A stretch of 64,000 bases of DNA from an uncultured delta proteobacterium. GTDB taxonomy: Bacteria; Myxococcota_A; Polyangia; Palsa-1104. Every line of letters begins with the position of its first letter. The first letter of the stretch is position 1. The position numbers and the translations under genes are program-made. Below, piece after piece: positions 52,731 to 62,325 of the stretch. The notes beneath the pieces were generated by a model. The model did not search any database and was not told the origin of the DNA. It saw nothing but the letters and a program-made list of their open reading frames with translations. The DNA lies in contig CAWAWS010000029.1 of assembly GCA_963785725.1 (NCBI GenBank), positions 64,001-128,000 of the forward strand, in the 5' to 3' direction.

Positions 52731-53505
52731 TCGGCTTCCGCGCGGCCTCGCACGCGTCCTGCGCTCCCTGGCCGATGCTGGCGCGCGCGCCCACGGTCAG
52801 GCTGGAGTGGTCGACGGCGAACTTCCCGAGCGCCGTCCAGTCGTCGCTGCGCCAATAGCGAAGGCAGCGGATCGCGAGCAAGATTCTCTCGGGGCCCACG
52901 CGCTGGACGCAGACTTCGGCCGCCTCGGCGTTGGCCTTGGCCAGCGCGCGCGCGCCGCCGGCAGCACCGATCCCCTGATAGGCGATTTGCTGCTGCACGA
53001 ACTGGGTATTGAAGAAGGGATCGCCGTGCCGCAGCCACACGGCATAGATCCACGTGGGATCGTCGTTCAGTCGTCCGTTCTCGCCGGCGTTGATCAGCGG
53101 AAACAGGATCGCGGATTCGATGGCGGGGCTGAGACAGACGGTCGTCAACGGATAGACGTCGCTCTCCGCGCAGCGCCACACCGGCGCCGCCAGATCGCGG
53201 ATACGCGGCTCGAAGCCCTCTTTCATGATGGTGCCGGGCTCGCGCGTATCGGCGCGCCACGCGACGACGCCCGTCTTCTGCACGGCCGCCGGCAGCGAGA
53301 CATATCCGGGAAACCAAGCCGGCGGCGGCAGCAGGTAATGATCGCGTTGGTTGAGTCGGCTGAACTCGTCGACGCTGCCGGTCTGGGTCACCGTTCGAGT
53401 GGTCTCGACCTCCGTACGGCCGTGCACCAACTCCACCGTCCGAATGTTCGTCACCTTGTGATTGACGATATCGATCCGCTTATTCCCATAGACGAACGTC
53501 TGCAC
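52657..53505 (-). CDS. Putative mono-ADP-ribosyltransferase (CT/PT-like R-S-E clade)
   Basis: SD GAGGAGG + GTG; WRADTREPGTIMKEGFEPR, VCLS, WIYAV, FFNT, EAAEV...PERILLA. Confidence 0.7.
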   Translation of the reverse strand: MQTFVYGNKRIDIVNHKVTNIRTVELVHGRTEVETTRTVTQTGSVDEFSRLNQRDHYLLPPPAWFPGYVSLPAAVQKTGVVAWRADTREPGTIMKEGFEPRIRDLAAPVWRCAESDVYPLTTVCLSPAIESAILFPLINAGENGRLNDDPTWIYAVWLRHGDPFFNTQFVQQQIAYQGIGAAGGARALAKANAEAAEVCVQRVGPERILLAIRCLRYWRSDDWTALGKFAVDHSSLTVGARASIGQGAQDACEAARKPIRALPALARKKMVRNGGAGIALFE

Positions 53506-53660
53506 TGTTCGGCCTCCTCGAGACCAAGACCGGCGGCGGCGTTCGTTTGGTAAAGGCGACACGTTGTCAGACGACGTCGCGTGTCTAGGTTGGCGTGGCC
53601 GCTGCGAGCGCTGTGCGCGTTCGTCGGCTGGCAGCACGAGACGATGCGAAAGGAGAGCCC

Positions 53661-54140
53661 ATGCGGCCACAGACGGTTCTGCTCCTCGGGGTTTTGCTGT
53701 ACGGATCGGTCGGTCTGGTGCGCGCCGACGAGCCGGCGGCCCACACGATGGTGACTCCGGCCGAGCTCAAGTGGGGTGACGCGCCGCCGGTGCTGCCGCC
53801 CGGCGCCAAGCTGGCGGTGCTGGCCGGCGATCCGAGTAAGCCGGGACTGTTCATCATGCGCCTCAAGCTGCCGGCCGGATACAAGATCCCCGCGCATTGG
53901 CATCCGACCGACGAGCACATCACGGTGGTGTCGGGGTCGTTCGCGGCCGGGATGGGCGACAAGCTCGACACGGCGAAGCTGACGGCGCTGCCGCCCGGCG
54001 GCTTTGCGACGATGCCGGCCAAGATGCACCACTTCGCGATGGCCAAGAAGGACACGATCATCGAGCTCACGGCGATCGGTCCCTTTCAGATGACCTATAT
54101 CAATCCGGCCGACGATCCGACCAAAGCCGCGGCCAAATAA
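53661..54140 (+). CDS. Secreted cupin (DUF4437-like)
   Basis: Signal peptide; LAGDPSKPG, IPAHWHPTDEHITVVSG, MHHFA. Confidence 0.88.
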   Translation: MRPQTVLLLGVLLYGSVGLVRADEPAAHTMVTPAELKWGDAPPVLPPGAKLAVLAGDPSKPGLFIMRLKLPAGYKIPAHWHPTDEHITVVSGSFAAGMGDKLDTAKLTALPPGGFATMPAKMHHFAMAKKDTIIELTAIGPFQMTYINPADDPTKAAAK

Positions 54141-54345
54141 TCAATTGAGCCACTGACCAGGCGATTAGCCGCTCGTCGGTAATGCTCCGGTCGCGCCGAT
54201 CGTCGAATGGCGGCGCCGCCAGCGCCGGATGAGCGCCAACAGGTAGGCGGAAGTCGTCTCCTACTCTTGGGCGGTCGCGGTCGCCGCGCCCCGTCGCGCA
54301 CTTTTCCGGCAACACTCGCGCGCGCGGCGGCAACAATAACGGGCG

Positions 54346-57300
54346 ATGCAGCCGCGCGACGACCTCTCCGCCGAGCAGATCTTGTCCGACAGCGCGTGGC
54401 TGCGGCGGCTGGCCGCGCGGCTCGTCAGCGACGCCGCCGAGCGGGACGAGGTCGTGCAGCGCGTGTGGCTGGAGGCGCTCGCGCACGCGCCGCCGACGGC
54501 GAACCTGCGCCCATGGCTGACGACCGTCGCGCGTAACGTCGCGCGCATGCGGTTTCGCTCGGACGCGCGCCGGCGCTCGCGCGAAGAGGCGGCCACCGAG
54601 CCCGCGCGCGTCGTGACGCCGGAGGAGCTCGTCGATCGCGTCGAGACCGAGCGCGCGGTCGCCGGCGAGCTGTTGGCGGTGAGCGAGCCCTATCGAACGA
54701 CGCTGCTCCTCCGCTATTACGAGGATCTGTCGGCGGCGGACATCGCGCGGCGCCTCGGCGTGCCCGCGGCGACGGTGCGCTCGCGGCTCAAGCGCGGGCT
54801 CGACGAGCTGCGCGGCCGGCTCGACACGCGCGCGGGCGGCGATCGCCGCAGCTGGAGCCTGGCGCTGGTGCCGACCGCGCTGTTGGCGCGCAGCAGCCAC
54901 GCCATGGCCATTGGAATCGGAGGGCTCTTGATCATGAAGACGTCGGCGAATCTCGTGGCTGCGGTGGCGCTTCTCGTGGCGTTCGCGCTCGGCGTCGTCG
55001 CGCTGCAGCGCCGGCAGTCGCTGTCGGCGGCGGAGCTGAGTCGGGCGCACGCCGGCGTCGCCTGGCACACCGCGCGCGGTATCGGCACCAGCCTGCGGGC
55101 GCCGGCGACGCTCGGCGGCGTCGCCATCCCCGACTGGTTCGGCCAGCGCGGCGCGCCGATTCGCCGCATCGCCGGCCGCATCACCGTCGACGGCGCGCCC
55201 GTCGCCGACGCGCTGGTCGAGCTCGGCAGCGGGCTCTCCGACGCCGGTGTCTTGCCGACGGCCACGCGGCGAACCGCAGCCGATGGCCGCTTCGATTTCG
55301 GCGTCCTGCCACCGGCGCGCTATACGCTGGCCGCGAGCAAAGCCGACCACAGCCCGGCGGTGCGCGAGCTCGACACGCGCGATCCGACGATCGCCGCCGA
55401 TCGCGTCGAGCTGCGTCTCGGCGGCTGCGCGGCGCGCCTGTTCGGCCAGGTGAGCGACACCTCGGGCGGACCGATCGTCGGCGCGCGCCTGTGCTACGCG
55501 CCGCCGCGGGCGGCCGCGTGCGTCCTCAGCGACGGCAGCGGCGCCTATCGCATGTGCCTGACTCCGGCGCAGCAGTGGGTCGAGGTGACGGCCAAAGGCT
55601 ACGGCGCCGTCGACGCCAGCGTCTACCCGATGAATCGTCCGGCGCGGCGCGACTTCTCGCTCACGCCCGAGTCGATCGTCGTCGGCCGCGTCGTGCGCGC
55701 CGACGACGGCAGCCCCATCGCGCGGGCGAGCGTGCGCAGCGCCTCGGGTGAGCTCGGCCGGCGCGTGGCCGCACCCAACGCCGCCGTCACCGACGAGCGC
55801 GGCCGCTTCACGCTCAGCGGGCTGGCGCCGGGAAGACATCGGCTGTTCGCCTTTGCCAATGGGCTGGCCGCCGTCGATCCGACCGAGGTCACGGTCGAGG
55901 CGGGCAGGACCTCGGCCGAGATCGTCCTTCGCCTCGGCGCCGCGGCGCGCATCAGCGGCGTCGTCACCGATGGCCGGCAGCCGGTCGCCGGCGCGCGCAT
56001 CTCCGTCGACGGCGGCACGCCCATCATGGGCGGCGCGGTGGCCGTCGCCCGCGTCGACGCCGTCACGCAGCCCGACGGGACCTTCACGCTCGAAGCCGCC
56101 CCGCGTGGCAGCGTGCGCTTCTTGGTCGACGGCTACGAGGTGGCTTCGCCGACGACGCTCGTCCTCGATCGCCCGCAGCTGGAGGGCGTGCGCGTCGTCG
56201 TGCGGGCGCTCGGCTCGATCGCGGGCCACGTCACGCGCAAGAACCGTCCGGTCCCGGACGTCAACGTCGACGTCGGCCTCTTCGTGGGCGACGGCACGCC
56301 GGTCGTCAGCGACGATGACGGCGCCTACGTCGTGCGCGGCCTGCGCGCCGGCAAATACATCGTCAACGCCGAGCAGCACGCCGCGGGCATCGGCGGCCTG
56401 TCGTCGCCGGTCATGCTCGCCGCCGGTGAGCAGCGGACGGGCGTCGACCTCGAGCTGAGCTATGCCGGCGCCATCTCCGGCACCGTCGTCGAGCAAGACG
56501 GCACGCCGGCGAGCGGTGTCCGCGTCAACTTCACGGCGCTGCATAAGCCCGACATGGGCGAGGCGCTCACCGGCGCCGACGGCACCTTCCGCTTGGGCAC
56601 GCTCGGCGGCAACGACGACTACCGTGGCGACGTGCGCTCGGTGCTCGACGAGCGGCACCACTTCGCGCCGGCCGACGGCGCCTATCCGACCGTCTTCGTG
56701 CCCGACAACGACAGCGAAGTCAGCGGCGTCACTATCGTCATCAAGCGCCAGCACCTCTCGATCGAGGGCACGACCGTCGACGGCAATGGGCAGCCGGTGA
56801 GCGACGTGCACGTCGTCGCCTTCCGCGCCGCCGACGACAGCGAGCGCTTCAACATGAGCGTCGTCGAGCGTCCCAGCGCCATGTCCGCGGTCGACGGAAC
56901 CTTCAGCATCGGCGACGTCGACTCGGGCCGCTTCGTCCTGCGCGCCCGCGCCGGCGACGGCAGCGAAGGCAGCGTCAACGCCAGCGCCGGGCAGAAGGGC
57001 GTCGTCGTGCCCTTGTCGGCGTCGGGCGGCATCGACGGCACGCTCATCGGCTTCGCCACGCCGCCGCAGGTCTACGCGCGCCTCGACGTCTCCTACATCC
57101 CGGCGCCGCGAAACTTCGCCACCGTCGACGACACCGGCTTCCATGTGCGCGGCCTGCCGCCCGGGCCCTATCTCGTCGACGCCGGCGGTGACGCGGCGAC
57201 GGTGCAGGTCGACAGCGGCCAGATCGCCAACGTGACACTGACCAATCGCGGCGGCGGCACGATCCGCGGCCGCGTCGTCGATTGGCGCTCGGGCGCGCCC

Positions 57301-57819
57301 GTCGAAGGCCTGCGCTGCACGCCGTCGCTCATCGGCCAACAGACCTTCGCCTTCCCCAACGGTCAGCCCGGCTACAGCGACGCCGACGGCAACTTCACGA
57401 TCGAAGGCGTCACCGCCGGCGAGCTCATCGTCCTCTGCTACGGCTCGCCGACGTGGTCCGACGGCGACGCCAAGGTCACGCTCGCCGGCGGCGGCAGCGC
57501 GAGCTGCGAAGTCCCGGTCGTCCACAGCGAGCTCGGCGGCCTGGGCGCGGTCGCTTGGCTCGGCGCCGAGATCGGGATGGACACCGCGCTCGTGGTCAGC
57601 CTCATCGGCGTCAAGCCCAAGAGCCCCGCCGATCGCGCCGGCCTACGCAAAGGCGACGTGCTCGCCAGCGTCGACGGAAACTCTGTCAGCAAGCTGACGC
57701 CGCTCGGCAACGAGCTCGCCATCCGCGACCACGCGCCCGGCACGCACGTCAGCGTCGGCGTCATGCGCGGCGGTCAGCCGCTCGCCTTCGACGTCGTCCT
57801 CGGCACCGAGAACGAGTAG
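54346..57819 (+). CDS. ECF sigma factor fused to TM, carboxypeptidase-regulatory-like repeats and PDZ
   Basis: sigma2 (LRPWLTTVARN), sigma4 (LRYYEDLSAADIARRLG...TVRSRLKRG), TM, repeated G.V.D..G.P..GA/DG.F, SPADRAGLRKGD. Confidence 0.87.
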   Translation: MQPRDDLSAEQILSDSAWLRRLAARLVSDAAERDEVVQRVWLEALAHAPPTANLRPWLTTVARNVARMRFRSDARRRSREEAATEPARVVTPEELVDRVETERAVAGELLAVSEPYRTTLLLRYYEDLSAADIARRLGVPAATVRSRLKRGLDELRGRLDTRAGGDRRSWSLALVPTALLARSSHAMAIGIGGLLIMKTSANLVAAVALLVAFALGVVALQRRQSLSAAELSRAHAGVAWHTARGIGTSLRAPATLGGVAIPDWFGQRGAPIRRIAGRITVDGAPVADALVELGSGLSDAGVLPTATRRTAADGRFDFGVLPPARYTLAASKADHSPAVRELDTRDPTIAADRVELRLGGCAARLFGQVSDTSGGPIVGARLCYAPPRAAACVLSDGSGAYRMCLTPAQQWVEVTAKGYGAVDASVYPMNRPARRDFSLTPESIVVGRVVRADDGSPIARASVRSASGELGRRVAAPNAAVTDERGRFTLSGLAPGRHRLFAFANGLAAVDPTEVTVEAGRTSAEIVLRLGAAARISGVVTDGRQPVAGARISVDGGTPIMGGAVAVARVDAVTQPDGTFTLEAAPRGSVRFLVDGYEVASPTTLVLDRPQLEGVRVVVRALGSIAGHVTRKNRPVPDVNVDVGLFVGDGTPVVSDDDGAYVVRGLRAGKYIVNAEQHAAGIGGLSSPVMLAAGEQRTGVDLELSYAGAISGTVVEQDGTPASGVRVNFTALHKPDMGEALTGADGTFRLGTLGGNDDYRGDVRSVLDERHHFAPADGAYPTVFVPDNDSEVSGVTIVIKRQHLSIEGTTVDGNGQPVSDVHVVAFRAADDSERFNMSVVERPSAMSAVDGTFSIGDVDSGRFVLRARAGDGSEGSVNASAGQKGVVVPLSASGGIDGTLIGFATPPQVYARLDVSYIPAPRNFATVDDTGFHVRGLPPGPYLVDAGGDAATVQVDSGQIANVTLTNRGGGTIRGRVVDWRSGAPVEGLRCTPSLIGQQTFAFPNGQPGYSDADGNFTIEGVTAGELIVLCYGSPTWSDGDAKVTLAGGGSASCEVPVVHSELGGLGAVAWLGAEIGMDTALVVSLIGVKPKSPADRAGLRKGDVLASVDGNSVSKLTPLGNELAIRDHAPGTHVSVGVMRGGQPLAFDVVLGTENE

Positions 57820-57938
57820 GCGCCGCTTTCGCGTCCCGGCGGCAACGGTCGGTCCGGCACCCATGACGCCTGCCGAATTGTTGCGACATTCCCCCTCTGC
57901 CTGGCTCTTGCCATCGAACCAATAGTCACCGAGGGCTC

Positions 57939-59693
57939 ATGAACGACCGTAACTTGGCTTTTTCCATGCCGTACGCGACGGCGCATCGGCGCGCGCGGCG
58001 GCTCGATTGGCTGCTCGGCCCGCGCCGGCAGCGGCTCGACCGGCGTGCCTCAGTCGCGCTCCGTTCGCTCTGCCTCGTGACGGTCGCTCTCGCCGGCTGC
58101 GACGTGGCGCGCGGCCGATTCGGCGACATGACGCTGCCCGCCGACTGCAATTCGAGCTGCCCCTCCGGCTACAGCTGCGACAACGGGACCTGCGTCGGCG
58201 GCAACGCGCAGTCGCTCGACTTCGACCTCTCCACCTTTCCCGTCACGGCGACGCTGACCATCGACGGCCAGGCGCCGCTCGCCGGCAGCGGCTGCTCCGG
58301 CAACCAGGTGGACGTCGACTTCTCCGAAGGCGCGCCGCCCAAGAGCTTCTTCGATCCGATCGTCGGCTCGCTCGTCGACGCGCCCATGGCCTGCGACGAC
58401 AGCGACGGCGCGGTCGCCACGCGCTTGCCGGCCGGGCAGTATCGCGTGCTGGCGTCGCGCGCCGACAGCAACACGTCGTTCCCCGAGGCCACCGTCACGC
58501 TGCAGAGCACGCTCGCCGTCAAAGCCGCGGTCACGCAGACGTGGGACGTGACGACGGTGCCGGTCAGCGGCGTGCTCACCATCGACGGCCAGCCGCCGGT
58601 GGCCGGCAGCGGCTGCTCGGGCAACCACGTCGATATCAGCTTCATCGACGACAGCGGCGGATCGTTCACGACCAGCATCCCGTGCAGCGACGCGAGCGGC
58701 ACCTTCGGCACGCGCGTCGCTCCCGGCAGCTATCGCGTCATCGCCACGCGCGCCGACAGCAACACGACGTTTCCCGCGGCCAGCGTCGTCGTCAAGTCGA
58801 GCTTCCAGCTGTCGGGCGCCAGCGCCGGGTTGGCGTGGAACGTGGCGACGGTGCCGGTCAGCGGCGTCGTCACCATCGACGGTCAGCCGCCGGTGGCCGG
58901 CAGCGGCTGCTCCGGCGACCACGTCACGGTCGCCTTCGTCGACGACGCGGGCGCGTCCTACTCGGCCAGCATCGCCTGCGACGTCGCCACCGGCGCCTTC
59001 GCCACGCGCGTCGCCGCCGGCACCTATCGCGTGCTCGCCAGCCGCGCCGACAGCAACACCAGCTTTCCCGCCGCCACCGTCGTCTTGCAGAGCAGCTTCA
59101 CCGCCGCCGGCGCCGTCAGCGGCCTCCACTGGAACGTCGACACGATTCCCGTCAGCGGCGTCGTCACCATCGACGGTCAGCCGCCGGTGGCCGGCAGCGG
59201 CTGCTCCGGCGACCACGTCACGGTCGCCTTCGTCGACGATGCGGGCGCGTCGTACTCGGCCAGCATCGCCTGCGAGGTCGCCACCGGCGCCTTCGCCACG
59301 CGCGTCGCCGCCGGCACCTACCGCGTGCTCGCCAGCCGCGCCGACAGCAACACCAGCTTCCCCGAGGCCACGCTGGCGCTCGCTGGCGCCTTCTCGGCGA
59401 CGAGCACGCCGCAGCAATGGAACGTCGTCACCGTTCCCGTCAGCGGTCACGTGCTCGTCGATGGCCAGCCGCCCATCGCCGGCAGCGCCTGCTCCGGCGA
59501 TCAAGTGCGCGTCACCTTCTTCGATGCGATCGGCGGCTCGTACGACTACTCCATCCCGTGCACCGACGCGACGGGCGCGTTCGCGCTGCGCCTCGCCGCC
59601 GGGACGTATCACGCCTTGGCCTCGCGCACCGACTCCAACACCAGCTTCCCCGACGCGACCTTCACGCTCGTCGACGCCATCGCCATTCACTGA
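57939..59693 (+). CDS. Lipoprotein with five ~98-aa tandem repeats; start uncertain
   Basis: Lipobox ALAGC, small Cys module, 5x TIDGQPP.AGSGCSG...C...YRV.ASRADSNTSFP. Confidence 0.82.
   Translation: MNDRNLAFSMPYATAHRRARRLDWLLGPRRQRLDRRASVALRSLCLVTVALAGCDVARGRFGDMTLPADCNSSCPSGYSCDNGTCVGGNAQSLDFDLSTFPVTATLTIDGQAPLAGSGCSGNQVDVDFSEGAPPKSFFDPIVGSLVDAPMACDDSDGAVATRLPAGQYRVLASRADSNTSFPEATVTLQSTLAVKAAVTQTWDVTTVPVSGVLTIDGQPPVAGSGCSGNHVDISFIDDSGGSFTTSIPCSDASGTFGTRVAPGSYRVIATRADSNTTFPAASVVVKSSFQLSGASAGLAWNVATVPVSGVVTIDGQPPVAGSGCSGDHVTVAFVDDAGASYSASIACDVATGAFATRVAAGTYRVLASRADSNTSFPAATVVLQSSFTAAGAVSGLHWNVDTIPVSGVVTIDGQPPVAGSGCSGDHVTVAFVDDAGASYSASIACEVATGAFATRVAAGTYRVLASRADSNTSFPEATLALAGAFSATSTPQQWNVVTVPVSGHVLVDGQPPIAGSACSGDQVRVTFFDAIGGSYDYSIPCTDATGAFALRLAAGTYHALASRTDSNTSFPDATFTLVDAIAIH
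58233..59690 (+). repeat. Coding tandem repeats, period ~294 bp
   Basis: Units at ~58233, 58554, 58848, 59142, 59430; units 3 and 4 nearly identical in DNA. Confidence 0.9.
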
Positions 59694-59742
59694 CGCAGGT
59701 TAAGTCTCACCGCTAAGTAAACGCGTGTTTACTTGGCTGGCG

Positions 59743-60400
59743 TCAGGTGTCGGTCGAGACGTCGTCCCAGTCGCGGTCGAAGTAGCCGACGAGCCAGTTG
59801 AGCGCGTAGTGACGCTCTCTGACCACGCTCGATCGAGGCCGGCGCAGCCCGACTCGCCGTTCAACCTGGCCTCGCGCACGGCCCAGTGATAGCGGTAGAC
59901 GAGGTCGGTCTCGTCGAGGATTTCCGTCGCCGATCGCAGCCGCGACTGCGCGCGCAGCTTCGCTTCGCCGCGATCGAGCAGCTCGCGGCCCACCAGCGCC
60001 GGATCGACCTGGCGTTCGGGCCGCGCCAGCGCCGGCACGAAGCCGAGCGCCCACAACAGAACGTGCAGCCCCTCGTAGCGCCACGAAAGCTGCACGCGCG
60101 CGCGGTCGGTCGGCTCCGCGATCGAACGCGCGCTCGTCCGGCGTCAGCTTGGCGGCGACGCGAAACTCGTCCATGAAGCGCCGCATCACGGGCTCGGGCG
60201 CGTGGATCCCACGCCGCCGACAGCCAACAGCGCGATCGCCCGTCGACGCGCGTGCGCGCCAGCTCGCCGCTCCGCCACGCCCTCGATGTCCGGCAGATGA
60301 TCGCATCGTCGGCACGCCTTCGCGCCGCCGGCCGCGCCAGCCAACGCGCCCTGCGCTCCAACGCCGCCCGAGTCGGAGTGCGCCTCCATTGGGTTGCTCC
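59743..60400 (-). pseudogene. Degraded DUF4272-family gene
   Basis: Pieces in different frames: DHLPDIEG..RRAIALLAV, LTPDERAF, SWRYEGLHVLLWALG, EILDETDLVYRYHWA, VVRERHYALNWL..DWDDVSTDT. Confidence 0.75.
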
Positions 60401-60505
60401 TCGCTGCGCGCCATCGTTGCTATCCGCCGTGGCAGGCGAGTCGATCGCGCCTTGAGCAACGACGTCATCCCCATCGCGCGCGGAAGATGGCGACGGGCGG
60501 TGAGG

Positions 60506-60670
60506 CACGTCGAGCACGACCAGATCGGGGCGATGGCGCAGCAGCAGCACGCCGACACCGAACGGCGAATGGTGGCTGATCACTTTGAGGCCGCGCTGCG
60601 TGAGATAGGCCGCCGCTTGACCGATGAGCACTTCGTTGTCGTCGACGAGCAAGATCGTGGCGCCGAGCAT
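60506..60670 (-). pseudogene. Truncated receiver domain
   Basis: MLGATILLVDDNE...HRPDLVVLDV, after which similarity stops. Confidence 0.65.
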
Positions 60671-60963
60671 CACCCGCAGTATTCGTCAGCCTTCGCCGAT
60701 CGCTGAGCCTTCGGGGAAATTGTCGCGAATCCGTCATGCAGATGTCGCGTGCGTGTCGTCGCTTGTGGGTCGCCGTCGCAGCGGCGCCGACGCCGGCGAT
60801 CGCGCCGTCTGCCGTCCGGCCATTCCGCGCGCCCGCAGTTATCGCCGAGATCGTCTCCAATGCGAGACAACCTACTGTTTTAATTGCGTATTCGTTGCAG
60901 AAGGTTTCGTTTGCGCTTGGACTGCGCTTGGTAGATCGGCTGACAATGGCTGGTGGAGCTCGC

Positions 60964-62205
60964 ATGAACGCGCGTCGTCTATCGATCGGGTCCGGAGTCG
61001 CAACGCTGGGGCTGCTGCTGGGCGCCTCTTGTCACGCGCCCGAGCACGGCGCGCCCGACGCCGGTCACGCGCAGCCGTCGCGCGATCTGTCGGTCACGCT
61101 GCCGACCGACGCGGCCGCGCCGTTCGACATGCCCGCGGCGCTGTCGTTCGACATGACGTCGTTCGACATGACGAAGCCGCCCGTGACGACGCTCGACATG
61201 ACGCAGCCGCCGGCGCCGCGCGACGTGACGTTCTACGTCGTCGCCGACACGCACAACGATCCGGCGCCCGAGCCGCAAGCGTTCGACGAGCGGGCCACGG
61301 CGCGCGCCGTCGACGCCGTGGCCGCCAGCGGGCAGTGGCCGGCGACGATCGGCGGCACGGCGACCGGCTTCGTCGGCGGCAAGATCGCGCCGCCGTTCGG
61401 CGTCGTCTTCGCCGGCGACTTGACCGGCTGGGGCACCGCGCCCACCGAGATCCCCGAGTTTCGCCACTACTACGAGATGGGCAACAGCAGCGACAGCATC
61501 CATTATCCGGCCTATCTCGGGCTCGGCAACCACGACATCGACACCGCCGATCGCACCGACGCCGTCGCCACCGCTTATCGCGCGACCTATTGGGCGTGGA
61601 TCGACTCGCGGCATAACGGCGCCAACGCGCCCGTGCCGGCGGGCAACTTCGACGCCGCCAGCCACGCCTATTCGTGGGACGTCGGCGGCGTGCACTTCAT
61701 CCAGGTGCACCGCTTCGCCGGCGACGCCGAGTATGGCTTGACCTCGGCGTTGCCGTTCTTGGCCTCCGATCTGGCGGCCCACGCCGCCGACGGCCGGCCC
61801 GTCTTCATCTTCCACCACTACGGCATGGACGCGTTCGGCACCAACGGCCAATGGTGGACGGACGCCGATCGCACGGCTTATCGGGCGGCGCTGAGCGGCT
61901 ACAACATCGCCGGCATCTTCACCGGCCACACGCACTTCGCCGAGGACATGTACGTGTGGCAGGGCATTCGCGTCTTCCAGGTCAACAACGCCAAGGCCGA
62001 GATCAACACCGGCAACAACGACGGCAACGGCTCCTTCGCGGTCGTGCGCATCACCGACTCGCGGCTCGACGTCGTCACCTGCCGCTGGCTCGACGATCAG
62101 GGCAACTACGAGCTCATCACGCCGTTCTACAGCAGCGACGCCAATCCCGGTCCGGCGTTGGTCGGTCCCGGCCCCAAGCGCAAGAGCTTCCCCGTCGGCG
62201 ACTGA
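60964..62205 (+). CDS. Calcineurin-like metallophosphoesterase, lipoprotein
   Basis: LGASC; ADTH, GDLT, GNHD, HH, GHTH. Confidence 0.88.
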   Translation: MNARRLSIGSGVATLGLLLGASCHAPEHGAPDAGHAQPSRDLSVTLPTDAAAPFDMPAALSFDMTSFDMTKPPVTTLDMTQPPAPRDVTFYVVADTHNDPAPEPQAFDERATARAVDAVAASGQWPATIGGTATGFVGGKIAPPFGVVFAGDLTGWGTAPTEIPEFRHYYEMGNSSDSIHYPAYLGLGNHDIDTADRTDAVATAYRATYWAWIDSRHNGANAPVPAGNFDAASHAYSWDVGGVHFIQVHRFAGDAEYGLTSALPFLASDLAAHAADGRPVFIFHHYGMDAFGTNGQWWTDADRTAYRAALSGYNIAGIFTGHTHFAEDMYVWQGIRVFQVNNAKAEINTGNNDGNGSFAVVRITDSRLDVVTCRWLDDQGNYELITPFYSSDANPGPALVGPGPKRKSFPVGD

Positions 62206-62325
62206 GCCGCTCGGCGGTCGCCGCGGTCGCGCGCGGCGGCGCGGATCGGCGCGCGCAGCAGACCTGCGCTTCGTCGGTGGCGACGTTTTGCGCGCGTGTT
62301 TTCACGCCTTTGATATGATCGTGGG

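Noticed and set aside
53591..53606. Sigma54-like TGGCGTGGCCGCTGCG before the cupin gene
   Set aside because: Weak match in GC-rich DNA with no supporting UAS
58233..59690. Repeats as CRISPR array or mobile element
   Set aside because: The period is a multiple of three, in-frame and coding, with no spacers and no cas or transposase genes
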